Below, piece after piece: positions 1 to 8,912 of a stretch of 43,299 nucleotides of DNA. The stretch is from NCBI GenBank assembly GCA_030668825.1, contig DAOVET010000013.1, forward strand, positions 1-43,299, in the 5' to 3' direction. The position numbers and the translations under genes are program-made. How positions within the stretch are numbered: position 1 is the first letter of the stretch; each line of letters starts with the position of its first letter. This stretch comes from Candidatus Heimdallarchaeota archaeon (lineage in GTDB: Archaea > Asgardarchaeota > Heimdallarchaeia > Heimdallarchaeales > Heimdallarchaeaceae). The notes under the pieces were generated by a model. That model was given only the letters and a program-made list of their open reading frames with translations, had not been told where the DNA came from and made no database searches.

Positions 1-1
1 T

Positions 2-496
2 AACGGTATTGGAATAGAAATTCACGATGGTTATCATTTGGAAATACTAAATAATACTATTTCAGAAAACAATAGAATGGGTATAGATGCAACCAACCTT
101 CATTTAAGCACCATTTCTTTTAATAACATAAGTTACAACCATATAGCAATAAATTACGGGTATGGAATTAAATTCGTTGATTCAAACGATAATAACGTAA
201 CTTACAATTTAATCAAAGAAAACAGAGAATATGGAATCTATCTTGAACATTCGAGAGACAATATTATTCATCACAATGCTTTCATACAAAACGGTAACCA
301 AGTAACCGCAAATGCGTTTTCATTTGATAATTCAAATAACACATGGTTTGATACAACCACTTTAGAGGGTAATTTTTGGATGGGGTGGAATACAAGTATT
401 CCTTATGCAATTCAGGGAGAAACAACAGAAGACCCTTATCCACTTGAAGAAAATCCAGTTGAATTAGAGCTGTATTTCATAGTTAATGAAAAATAA
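2..496 (+). CDS. C-terminal part of a right-handed parallel beta-helix (NosD/CASH-like) surface protein, open at the window start
   Basis: Frame is open from position 2. Repeated N-N-x-I-x-x-N..GI units and a 'SRDNIIHHNAFIQN...NNTWFD...EGNFW...DPYPL' end resembling the proteins at 8913 and 32916. Confidence 0.8.
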   Translation, partial: NGIGIEIHDGYHLEILNNTISENNRMGIDATNLHLSTISFNNISYNHIAINYGYGIKFVDSNDNNVTYNLIKENREYGIYLEHSRDNIIHHNAFIQNGNQVTANAFSFDNSNNTWFDTTTLEGNFWMGWNTSIPYAIQGETTEDPYPLEENPVELELYFIVNEK

Positions 497-562
497 TATT
501 TCTGAAATTAACTCTACCATTTTTTTAAATCTCAAGAACCAACCGCGCGTCGAAAACGAGAA

Positions 563-600
563 AATCTTACCACACAACTAATTATTTACGTGGTAAGATT
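563..600. repeat. Family A palindrome, copy 1
   Basis: AATCTTACCAC (563-573), 16-nt spacer acaactaattatttac, GTGGTAAGATT (590-600): perfect 11-bp inverted repeat. Confidence 0.9.
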
Positions 601-758
601 CTTGCCAGTGTTTTTCTTTTGCCTAAAACTGAGATAGATTTCTCAATTGAATAAACCTACTCCTAAATTCAATATTGCTAATTTTGGAAGTAACAGCAAA
701 TATTTATTAATTCTAAAGACTAAGTCTTTTTTTGATAATATCTCTAAAGTGATGAAAT

Positions 759-1287
759 ATGAACGATAAATCTTGCTCTAATTGTGGAACAAAATTACCA
801 AGTGAAGCTAGCTTCTGCACTGTGTGTGGAGCAAGAATCGAAGTTGTTCAAGGAGTTCCTTCAGCTATGCCAGTAAACGCATATCCTCCTCCTGAAGAGA
901 AAAAGACTAGTTTTGTGTATATAGTGTTTATCATCTTATCAGCAGTAGGAGTGGTCGCAGGAGCAGTAATATTTTTTCTTAAGTGGGGGTTGGCTTTATG
1001 AAACTACCTTATGGATTATAGGAATTAGCATTGGAGTAGGGAGTCTTTTCTCAGGATTACTAACACCTCGTAGAGAATTAAAGAAAAGTATAGCAATTGT
1101 TTTTGGATCATATTTTGTAATAATTCTTCTTCTATTCTTAGCAACGATTATTTTGAGTTTTACATTAGATGATTACATACTACTGATTAAAGTAACTTTA
1201 GTACCATTTGCTGCATGTTATCTACCAGGTTTGTTTATTAGAATACTATCTGAATATGTATTCAAATTATCAAGCAAGACTGAATAG
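759..1287 (+). pseudogene. N-terminal double-zinc-ribbon membrane protein with a +1 frameshift
   Basis: CSNC...CTVC then a TM helix. Removing one T from T6 at 972-977 continues the frame as ...FFLSGGWLYETTLWIIGISIG...SSKTE* (TAG 1285-1287), adding about three more hydrophobic helices. Confidence 0.7.
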
Positions 1288-1366
1288 AAGGATAACAGCA
1301 GTTTCTTGGAATAGAAGAGATAGTGAACTAAAAGAAGATTCTCTAGATTGAAACACAATCTTCCAA

Positions 1367-1446
1367 AAAACCAAGCAAGAAAAGAAGAATCTTACCACAC
1401 AAAAAATAGTTTACGTGGTAAGATAAACCAAAACTTGTTTGGTTTT
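1367..1446. repeat. Family A palindrome, copy 2, with an outer stem
   Basis: ATCTTACCAC (1389-1398), N16, GTGGTAAGAT (1415-1424). Symmetric outer arms aaaaccaagcaag (1367-1379) and cttgtttggtttt (1434-1446). Lies between convergent genes. Confidence 0.9.
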
Positions 1447-1488
1447 GCTGGGGGTTAGAAAATCAAAAAAAGTAAGAACTAGTTGAAA

Positions 1489-3498
1489 CTAGTTCAAATT
1501 AGATTTTCTCTTACAAATTCTAGTAACTGCAAACACTAAAACAAAAGCAGCAAGTATCAAACCTGACACTATACTAAATTCTCGTAGATGAGGAACCTTG
1601 TATTCAACGTATTCACAATTAGAATGAGTGCTGTTTAGTATTCCGTCACTAGCTACAATAGTATAGAAGTAGTAACCTTCTGAGGGAAGGGAATCAATAT
1701 AGGATGTTGAGCCAACAGTAGTTAGTGGAGTTAACCCTTCAACTGACCAGATATAGGTATCAGATCTATAGATATAATATTCTATTGCCCCGTCTATACT
1801 AGCCCATTCTAGAGAAATACTGCTTGAATCTGTAGGATTGGGTAGAATAGGAGCTAATTCAGGAGCGTCAAGGTCAGCAAACCTTACTTCGACATATTGG
1901 CAATTGGAATGCGAGCTGTTTCCAGCAAAGTTTCCAGCCACAACAACATAGTAGTAGAAGCCTTCAGACGATACAATATCGATATAATCACTTGAGGAAA
2001 CAGTAGCAATTGGTGTTAATCCCTCCACAGACCAGATGTAAGATGTGGAACGATAAACATAGTAAGTGGTTGCCCCTAGTACATAATTCCAATCTAGATG
2101 AATAGAAGTGAATTCAGTAGGATTAGGAACAATGAAAGCTAGTTCAGGATCAGCAAGAGGACCAGTGAAAAGTTTATAGAAGATATCCATATCTGTTCCA
2201 GCACCAGTATAATTAGTAGAATCATGCCACGTTATATACACATGCTCTGCAGAATCGACAGCAAGAGAAGGATACCAAGACCCACTTGTACTTTCGGTGG
2301 AAACTACTTCTGGAGTGGTCCAAGAGGAGGAAGAAGAATCCCAGCGTTTGTAAAAAATATCAATATCTGTTCCAGCATCAGCATAATTAGTTAGATCCAT
2401 CCAAGCTATATGCACTTTCCCTGCAAAATCAGTAGCAAGCGAAGGATAATTTGAATGACCAGCACTTTCTGTGGAAACAACTTCTGTAGTAGTCCAGGAT
2501 GAAGTTGAAGCATCCCAACGTTTATAGAAAATATCCATATCTAGATCACTCCCAGCATAAGCAGTTCCATCATACCAAGCAACATGCACATTCCCTAAAG
2601 TATCAGTAGCAAGAGAAGGATTAGAAGAAGCATCTGTACTCTCGGTAGAAACAACCTCTGTTGTTGTCCAGGAGGAGGTGGAAGAGTCCCAACGTTTATA
2701 AAAAATATCATTATCTATTCCACTCCCAGCATAAATAGTAAAATCTTCCCATGCAATATGAACAGTACCAGCAGAATCCACAGTAAGAGAAGGAAGGTAA
2801 GAATCACTTGTACTCTCAGTAGAAACAACCTCTGTTGTGGTCCATGAGGAGGAAGTAGCGTCAAAGCGTTTGTAAAAGATATCCCTATCTGTCCCACTTC
2901 CCGCATAAGCAGTTCCATCAGACCATGCTATGTGTACATGACCAGCAGAATCGACAGCAAGAGATGGTAACCAAGAATCTGCTGTACTTTCAGTTGAAAC
3001 GACTTCTGTTGTAGTCCACGAAGAGGTAGAAGCGTCCCAACGTTTATAGAAACTATCACAATTGGTTCCAGCACCAGCATAATTAGTATAGTCACTCCAA
3101 GCTATATGCACATTCCCAGTGGAATCAACTGCAAGAGAAGGATAGAAGGAATTATCTGTACTCTCAGTAGAAACAACTTCGATAATGGTCCATGAGGAAG
3201 AAGAAGAGTTCCAGCGTTTGTAGAAAATATCCCGATCTGTTCCAGCACCAGTATAATCAGTCTCATCTTCCCACGCTATGTGGATATTTCCTGCAGAATC
3301 GACAGCAAGAGAAGGATAACCAGAAAAATCTATACACTCGGTAGAAACAACCTCTGTTATATTCCATTTCCAAGTAGATTGAACAAAAGAATCTATGGTG
3401 TAATGATTATGGTTTTCATCTACTAGAGCTTGTGTGCTATTTATATTAAGCGAAGAAGTGCTTATTAAAAAACTAATAATGAGAACACTTAAGCTCAT
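1489..3498 (-). CDS. Secreted/surface protein: seven 58-aa repeats (probable 7-blade beta-propeller), two Fn3-like domains, C-terminal TM anchor
   Basis: Signal peptide; 7 x WTTTEVVSTES..PSLAVDS.G.VHIAW.D...DIFYKRW; two 'PELA.I.PNPT...W...GA..YY.YRS...YY..VA' domains; EF + hydrophobic helix + RICKRK tail. Confidence 0.85.
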   Translation of the reverse strand: MSLSVLIISFLISTSSLNINSTQALVDENHNHYTIDSFVQSTWKWNITEVVSTECIDFSGYPSLAVDSAGNIHIAWEDETDYTGAGTDRDIFYKRWNSSSSSWTIIEVVSTESTDNSFYPSLAVDSTGNVHIAWSDYTNYAGAGTNCDSFYKRWDASTSSWTTTEVVSTESTADSWLPSLAVDSAGHVHIAWSDGTAYAGSGTDRDIFYKRFDATSSSWTTTEVVSTESTSDSYLPSLTVDSAGTVHIAWEDFTIYAGSGIDNDIFYKRWDSSTSSWTTTEVVSTESTDASSNPSLATDTLGNVHVAWYDGTAYAGSDLDMDIFYKRWDASTSSWTTTEVVSTESAGHSNYPSLATDFAGKVHIAWMDLTNYADAGTDIDIFYKRWDSSSSSWTTPEVVSTESTSGSWYPSLAVDSAEHVYITWHDSTNYTGAGTDMDIFYKLFTGPLADPELAFIVPNPTEFTSIHLDWNYVLGATTYYVYRSTSYIWSVEGLTPIATVSSSDYIDIVSSEGFYYYVVVAGNFAGNSSHSNCQYVEVRFADLDAPELAPILPNPTDSSSISLEWASIDGAIEYYIYRSDTYIWSVEGLTPLTTVGSTSYIDSLPSEGYYFYTIVASDGILNSTHSNCEYVEYKVPHLREFSIVSGLILAAFVLVFAVTRICKRKSNLN
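2170..3367 (-). repeat. Intragenic tandem repeat, 7 x 174 bp (boundaries approximate)
   Basis: The gaaacaac(c/t)tc motif recurs at about 174-bp spacing and matches the 58-aa protein repeat. Confidence 0.85.
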
Positions 3499-3679
3499 AA
3501 TTATTTTCGTTTTTACCTTTTCATATTATCAACCTTTTTTTAAGTTTTCATTCCCGTTTACAACAAACGAGTTTTTCAAATTGTACACAATAGGTACGAA
3601 GAATAAAAGCGTTTTCCTCAAAAGAAGTGTAAAATTGGAATAAATTAATATATTTCAAAGCATATAACCTAATGATTCC

Positions 3680-4579
3680 ATGATTATTGAACAAAAGCGT
3701 CTACAAAATGCATGTATTTTAGAAGATGGTAGAAAACTGGTTTATGATATCTATGGTGCAATGGAGGGAACTCCTTACTTCTACTTTCATGGATATCCTA
3801 GTTCAAGAATAGAAGCAAGTTGCATTCATGAAAAAGCAGAAGAAAAAAACATCAAAATTATAGCTGTTGATAGACCAGGAATTGGTTTATCTGATTTTCA
3901 AAAAAATAGAAAGATTGTTGATTGGGCAGAAGATGTTTCAGAACTTGCAAATGAGCTTGGCTTCATGAAATTCGGAGTGATGGGTATGTCATCAGGAGCT
4001 CCATATGCTTTGGCTTGTGGATATAAAATTCCTGAAAAACTAAACAAAATCGTTCTTATCTCAGCTTTAGGAGGAGTGGATTTTAAACAACCAGGACTCA
4101 AAAACGATCATAAAGCTGCCTTTAGGGTTGCAGGAAGCCTTCCTTTTGTTTACAGATTTCTTCTCTTGTTATGCAGAATCCGTCATATCAAAGGAAAGAA
4201 TGCAGCCAAAAAATACTTTAGAATAAATTTCAAGCATCTAGCTCTAAAGGACCAAGAATTATTACAGAATCCAGACATTCTAGATGCGGTAGTCGAGTTT
4301 CAGTATGAATCATGTAGAAAAGGATTGAAGGGATTAGTATATGAAGCAAAATTGCTAGGAAGACCTTGGGGAATGAATTTAAGCACAATATCTAGTAACT
4401 TGAAAATCTATTTGTGGCATGGGACAGCTGATCTTGTAGCCCCAGTAACAGCGTCAAAAGAGATAGAAAGAATGTTACCTAAATCCATCGCTGATTACAA
4501 AGAAGATGAAGGGCACTTTTCTTTATTGTTTTATTATCATCCAGAAATATTAGAAGTACTTCAAAAAACAGAAAGATAA
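3680..4579 (+). CDS. Alpha/beta hydrolase
   Basis: FHGYP oxyanion motif, DRPGIG, GMSSG nucleophile elbow, WHGTAD, EGHF. Confidence 0.9.
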   Translation: MIIEQKRLQNACILEDGRKLVYDIYGAMEGTPYFYFHGYPSSRIEASCIHEKAEEKNIKIIAVDRPGIGLSDFQKNRKIVDWAEDVSELANELGFMKFGVMGMSSGAPYALACGYKIPEKLNKIVLISALGGVDFKQPGLKNDHKAAFRVAGSLPFVYRFLLLLCRIRHIKGKNAAKKYFRINFKHLALKDQELLQNPDILDAVVEFQYESCRKGLKGLVYEAKLLGRPWGMNLSTISSNLKIYLWHGTADLVAPVTASKEIERMLPKSIADYKEDEGHFSLLFYYHPEILEVLQKTER

Positions 4580-4623
4580 CCAGATGTTTTTTTGAGTTGT
4601 CAGAAAGTTGGGAGCAAGATTTG

Positions 4624-4657
4624 TCTTACCACACAAGTAATTAATTACGTGGTAAGA
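4624..4657. repeat. Family A palindrome, copy 3
   Basis: TCTTACCAC (4624-4632), acaagtaattaattac, GTGGTAAGA (4649-4657). Confidence 0.9.
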
Positions 4658-4770
4658 TTCTTATTCGATTTATTTTTGTTCGCTTTGGAAAAAAAGCAAT
4701 TTAAAGAGATTTCCATTCACATTCATTTGACAAACCTTATAGTTATTGGATTCATTAATATAATGATAGA

Positions 4771-5391
4771 ATGACAAAGATAGCAATCTATGTTTTTGAT
4801 GATGTAGAAGAGCTTGGTTTAGATATTGTCTATAATGTATTAAAGAAAACTAAAACACTTAAACAACACGGAATTCTTCCTATAGACCAACCATTGGAAG
4901 TAGATCTTCTTGCAAATGAGAAGTTAGTTATTGGTACAAAAGATAAGCAAATCACTCCACATCAAATTGGTTTAGATTTTACCGATTATGATATTCTCAT
5001 CATTCCAGGAGGAAAAGGAGTTGAAACTATTGTTCAAAATCAAGAATTTTTGGATAGGCTAAAAGAATTTGGTCAAGAAAAAATGGTCTGTTCAATTGGT
5101 TTAGGCACATTTGCTCTTGCTCTTGCCGGATTATTGAAAAACAAAAAAGCAACAACTCATCATAAACATTTTCTCAGGTTGCGAAAATATTGTAAGGTTG
5201 AAAATAAACGAATAGTTGTTTCTGATAAAATAATAACTGCAGGTGGTATGCTCTGTGCAGTAGATTTAGCAGAAAAAATACTGGAAATTTGTTATTCGAG
5301 AAGCATTGCTGATATTGTTTTAGAATATATAGAGGTTCAAAGAAAATCTAAGGGAATAGGTATAGTTCTAGGAGAGATAGACGAGGAATGA
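4771..5391 (+). CDS. DJ-1/PfpI (ThiJ/InhA-like) family protein, nucleophile Cys apparently absent
   Basis: IAIYVFDDVEEL, DILIIPGG, AGLL..KKATTH, IITAGG. SIGLG stands where SVCTG is usual. Confidence 0.85.
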   Translation: MTKIAIYVFDDVEELGLDIVYNVLKKTKTLKQHGILPIDQPLEVDLLANEKLVIGTKDKQITPHQIGLDFTDYDILIIPGGKGVETIVQNQEFLDRLKEFGQEKMVCSIGLGTFALALAGLLKNKKATTHHKHFLRLRKYCKVENKRIVVSDKIITAGGMLCAVDLAEKILEICYSRSIADIVLEYIEVQRKSKGIGIVLGEIDEE

Positions 5392-5557
5392 CTAGAAGAC
5401 TACTCTGAAATACTTTAGTTGGTATTAAGTTATTATTATAAAAAAGTTGGAAATATGGATAACTGTACTTAAAGAGGAAATGAAGAAATAGAGTTTATAA
5501 GACAACAAGTATTGAATAAAATTGATTTCTTTGTATCTTCTTGTTTTTTATTCTAGA

Positions 5558-6469
5558 TCATTTTACGACATATTTTCTCCTATTTATAAGCTTCCTTATC
5601 CCCGGATTTCCAATTAATGTATAAGCTAGTGAAATTGAAAAGGCAATTATTATAGCAGCATAATATCCATATGAACCTAAAGCAGCATACGCTATTAACA
5701 GAATTATTCCTAATAGCGCTGTAAAGAACATCATTTCAAAAGCATAAGGTAAACCCTGATTCAATTTATGATCATCATTCCGATTTGCTATTCTATCTAC
5801 TACAGCATTAATTGCATCTTTTGCAACATATTGGAGATCAACTAAACCTAAGTAATTACTACTTTCAACATCTTGAGAATTCTTAATAACTGGTAATCTT
5901 TCTCTGAATTCAAAAACAAACTTAAGCTTTAGAAGTGATCTATCATCTGTAGCGAAAAGAACAGTAGTGAATCCTCTCCCTGTTTTAGTTTTTGCAGGAA
6001 TAAGAATATCCTGGTATGAAATTCCATGAGGTTCTAATCTCATCTCAGTAATTTTATCTCCATTTTCAGGATAAAATCCCTGATCGTTTGTTTTAGCATG
6101 AATTTTCAAAACCATAGCAGAGGGGAGTTGATTTGTTCTAAAAAACATTCTAAAAGCAATTACGTCGTTTTCACTGTAACGGCATAGAGGGAAAATTGCA
6201 AAATTAAATAATAAACCATCTAACCATCTTAACTGATTCAAAGCAGCTACAGGAACATTTTCTAGTTGAGTAGTTGAATTCCTCCATTGTTTGAACACTA
6301 AAGGATAGTTCATAGAATCGCTAAAATCTATACTACTCAGATGTTCAATTTCTTCTTCTAAATTAATGATTATTTTTGGATACTGCGTTTTAATCATGCT
6401 TGCTGCTATTGACTTGTTGGAACTTTGTTTTGCTATTGCCCTGCCAAGACTAATTACCATTTCTTTCAC
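5558..6469 (-). CDS. Hypothetical protein with two C-terminal TM helices
   Basis: 303-aa ORF with a hydrophobic C-terminus and basic tail; no family recognised. Confidence 0.6.
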   Translation of the reverse strand: MKEMVISLGRAIAKQSSNKSIAASMIKTQYPKIIINLEEEIEHLSSIDFSDSMNYPLVFKQWRNSTTQLENVPVAALNQLRWLDGLLFNFAIFPLCRYSENDVIAFRMFFRTNQLPSAMVLKIHAKTNDQGFYPENGDKITEMRLEPHGISYQDILIPAKTKTGRGFTTVLFATDDRSLLKLKFVFEFRERLPVIKNSQDVESSNYLGLVDLQYVAKDAINAVVDRIANRNDDHKLNQGLPYAFEMMFFTALLGIILLIAYAALGSYGYYAAIIIAFSISLAYTLIGNPGIRKLINRRKYVVK

Positions 6470-6655
6470 AACCTATAGAAAATGATGGTAGAAATAATAT
6501 ATTTAAAAGTTGTGCAGTTCTTCTTAGATAACCGAAAATTTTCATTCAAAAGAGACTAAAATTTTGGCATAAGTTTTGAAGAACAAAACTTCGTTTTACA
6601 AAAGTAATTTCATCTCCAGAATAAAACTATAACCACGTGACTAGACACCAAATTG

Positions 6656-6680
6656 TCTTACCACATAAGGATATTTGTAC
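6656..6680. repeat. Family A half-site (degenerate copy 4)
   Basis: ttgTCTTACCACa is identical to the left arm of copy 3. The 16-nt spacer also ends in TAC, but the right arm is missing. Confidence 0.55.
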
Positions 6681-6855
6681 CTATAATACCCTTGTTTATG
6701 CTCATTGTGAGACAAGTTTAAACATCTTCAAATGGAAATAATTTTGAAATTAATACGAGAGGTCTTGTTGAATCTCCATGTTTATTTAATATTTTTTAGA
6801 AAATACTTTTATATCTTCAAAACGAGTCTTTGCTATTATTGTCAAGGAGATATAA

Positions 6856-7956
6856 ATGACCACAGGTAGATTGATAGATATAATTCTAGAAAAAGAAGAA
6901 ACAGAATCTTCTCATGATCCTCGACATCGTGATAAGAAAATAGTAATAACAATGGCTTCCCATGGACTTTCTTACGAGGCAATAAAACTAGTTAAACCAT
7001 ACCGTAAATCCACCACATATAGTGGAGTTGGAAAACTTCTCAGAAGTACTAATCCTTACTTCAAGAGATCAGTGAATTTCTCTAAATATGCACAAAATTT
7101 AGTGACACAGAAGATAGAAGAACAGCTTTTAGCATATAATGTCAAGAAAAGAAATATTGTCAGTTTCATTGGAGGGGTAAGAGAAGGAGTTAATGTGCAA
7201 ATAACCTGGTATTGGCAAAAGCCTCTACAAGAATTTTCTCTAGAAAAACCCTTGGAAGAGATTTATCAGGGACGATTACAAAGAATTTACACACTTGTTT
7301 CTGCTCCTGAAGATTCTATTAGTCTGGATGACAGAGAAAAATGGAGAAAATTAGAAGTAAGAATGTCTATGGCTTCAAAGTCCAATGATACAAAAAATAT
7401 TATCTCGCTCTATAATGAAATGAAAAACATGTATCCGAATAGCATTGAAATTCTGTCCGAATATGCTAAGTTTTGTAAGGAAGAAAAACTGAATTCTGAA
7501 GCTATTGGAGCTTACAAACAGCTTCTAGGATTCTTGCCATTTGATGAAATAGCTTTAGCAAGTATTGGTGAACTTTACTTTCTTGAAGGAAACATAGATC
7601 AAAGTATATTCTTCCTGAGAAGAGCTGAGTTTGAAACACCATCAGAAGTTGAAGTACTATCAAAATTAGGTGATATCTATGCGCAAAGAAATGAACTAGA
7701 ACATGCTTATTTCTACTATCTAAGGTATACTGAGCTAATGGGACCTTTTGAAGGGCACCAACAATTTACAGATGATTGGAACAGAAAAATATCTACAGGT
7801 ACTATAGGATCCTTCATTCAAAGCAATCCTGTGTCTCAAGCCCGATTTGATTGTTTAAGAATCAAAAGAACGGAAATTCAAAGAGAGATAGAAAGTTATT
7901 ATTACAAAGCTAATGATTTGAAAGCGAAAGGAGTACAACCTATAAGACCTGAATGA
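6856..7956 (+). CDS. Tetratricopeptide-repeat protein
   Basis: C-terminal helical repeats (EAIGAYKQLL..P, ALASIGELY...G.IDQSI, VLSKLGDIY...ELEHAY). SD-like aggag upstream. Confidence 0.75.
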   Translation: MTTGRLIDIILEKEETESSHDPRHRDKKIVITMASHGLSYEAIKLVKPYRKSTTYSGVGKLLRSTNPYFKRSVNFSKYAQNLVTQKIEEQLLAYNVKKRNIVSFIGGVREGVNVQITWYWQKPLQEFSLEKPLEEIYQGRLQRIYTLVSAPEDSISLDDREKWRKLEVRMSMASKSNDTKNIISLYNEMKNMYPNSIEILSEYAKFCKEEKLNSEAIGAYKQLLGFLPFDEIALASIGELYFLEGNIDQSIFFLRRAEFETPSEVEVLSKLGDIYAQRNELEHAYFYYLRYTELMGPFEGHQQFTDDWNRKISTGTIGSFIQSNPVSQARFDCLRIKRTEIQREIESYYYKANDLKAKGVQPIRPE

Positions 7957-8036
7957 AAATCGTCAATGTAAACAAAGTTTCTATTAATCTTGAAAGAGAA
8001 AAGTAAAAATACAGAATAGAAGATGGAAAAATAATT

Positions 8037-8672
8037 TCAGCCATATTCTGATTTTTTATCTAACCGCGAGAAGAAATCTTCAGCTGATTCATCTTCTACA
8101 ATTTCAGTTTCAGTAGGTTCAGGAAATGTTGTCTCAGTATAATTATGTGTTTTTGTTTCCACGTATGTTTGGGTAGGAGGTTCCTTAGGAGGAGCTATTG
8201 GAGCACTTGTTTTACGATCAGAAGTTTGGGTAGGAGTGTCTTTGAGTATCTTTACTAATAGCCAGATTCCTGCAGGAAGTAAAGTTAATGCCCCACCACC
8301 TACAAGCATTACACGTGCACTCCCATGAGCACCATCATAAGCTTGAGCTAGCCCAGCAATGATTTCAACAAGTCCAACAAGAGAGAAGAAACCAAGTTTT
8401 AATGTATCGAGATATTCTTCCCCAGTTTTACGTTTCTTCCTTTCTTGGTAGAACAAAAAAAGGACAGCGAATGCAGTCAAAGCTAGCCCACCACCAACTT
8501 TACCAAGACTCTCTCCTACAGAAATTTCTCCAAATATTAAATCTCCAATACCCCACGCAAAAATTATAGGTCCACTAAAAAAAATCGCTAGAAGATAAAA
8601 TCTGACCATCCCTTCCAATATACATCGAGCACAAGTCTCTGTTCCTTCTGTTCTAGGAATAATTATTACCAT
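8037..8672 (-). CDS. Membrane protein (4 TM) with a Pro/Thr/Glu-rich tail
   Basis: Hydrophobic segments and a low-complexity C-terminus. Confidence 0.65.
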   Translation of the reverse strand: MVIIIPRTEGTETCARCILEGMVRFYLLAIFFSGPIIFAWGIGDLIFGEISVGESLGKVGGGLALTAFAVLFLFYQERKKRKTGEEYLDTLKLGFFSLVGLVEIIAGLAQAYDGAHGSARVMLVGGGALTLLPAGIWLLVKILKDTPTQTSDRKTSAPIAPPKEPPTQTYVETKTHNYTETTFPEPTETEIVEDESAEDFFSRLDKKSEYG

Positions 8673-8730
8673 TGTGAATCGAAAGGGGGTATAATTGATA
8701 TTATAAAAATATTTTGCAGAGAAAAATCAA

Positions 8731-8784
8731 TGAGAAAATATCTTACCACAAAAAAATTAATTTTACGTTGTAAGATTTTCCTCA
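8731..8784. repeat. Family A palindrome, copy 5
   Basis: ATCTTACCAC (8740-8749), N17 ending TTTAC, GTTGTAAGAT (8767-8776); outer arms tgagaaa/tttcctca. Confidence 0.85.
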
Positions 8785-8912
8785 GTTGGTTACTCGGGTC
8801 TTAAAAAGCTCAGATTTCAAATAATAGATTCTTTTCTAAGAAAGTGTTTCCCTAGATTAAAATGCTAAGAAGAATCACACTTATAAGTGTCTAAATCTTA
8901 TAATTAAGTTGA

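Noticed and set aside
2170-3367. Diversity-generating retroelement target or template
   Set aside because: The repeats are in-frame coding units, differences are not visibly adenine-restricted, and there is no reverse transcriptase in the window.
4592-4774. 60-aa ORF across family A copy 3
   Set aside because: Spans the palindrome, has no protein-like features, and overlaps the next start.
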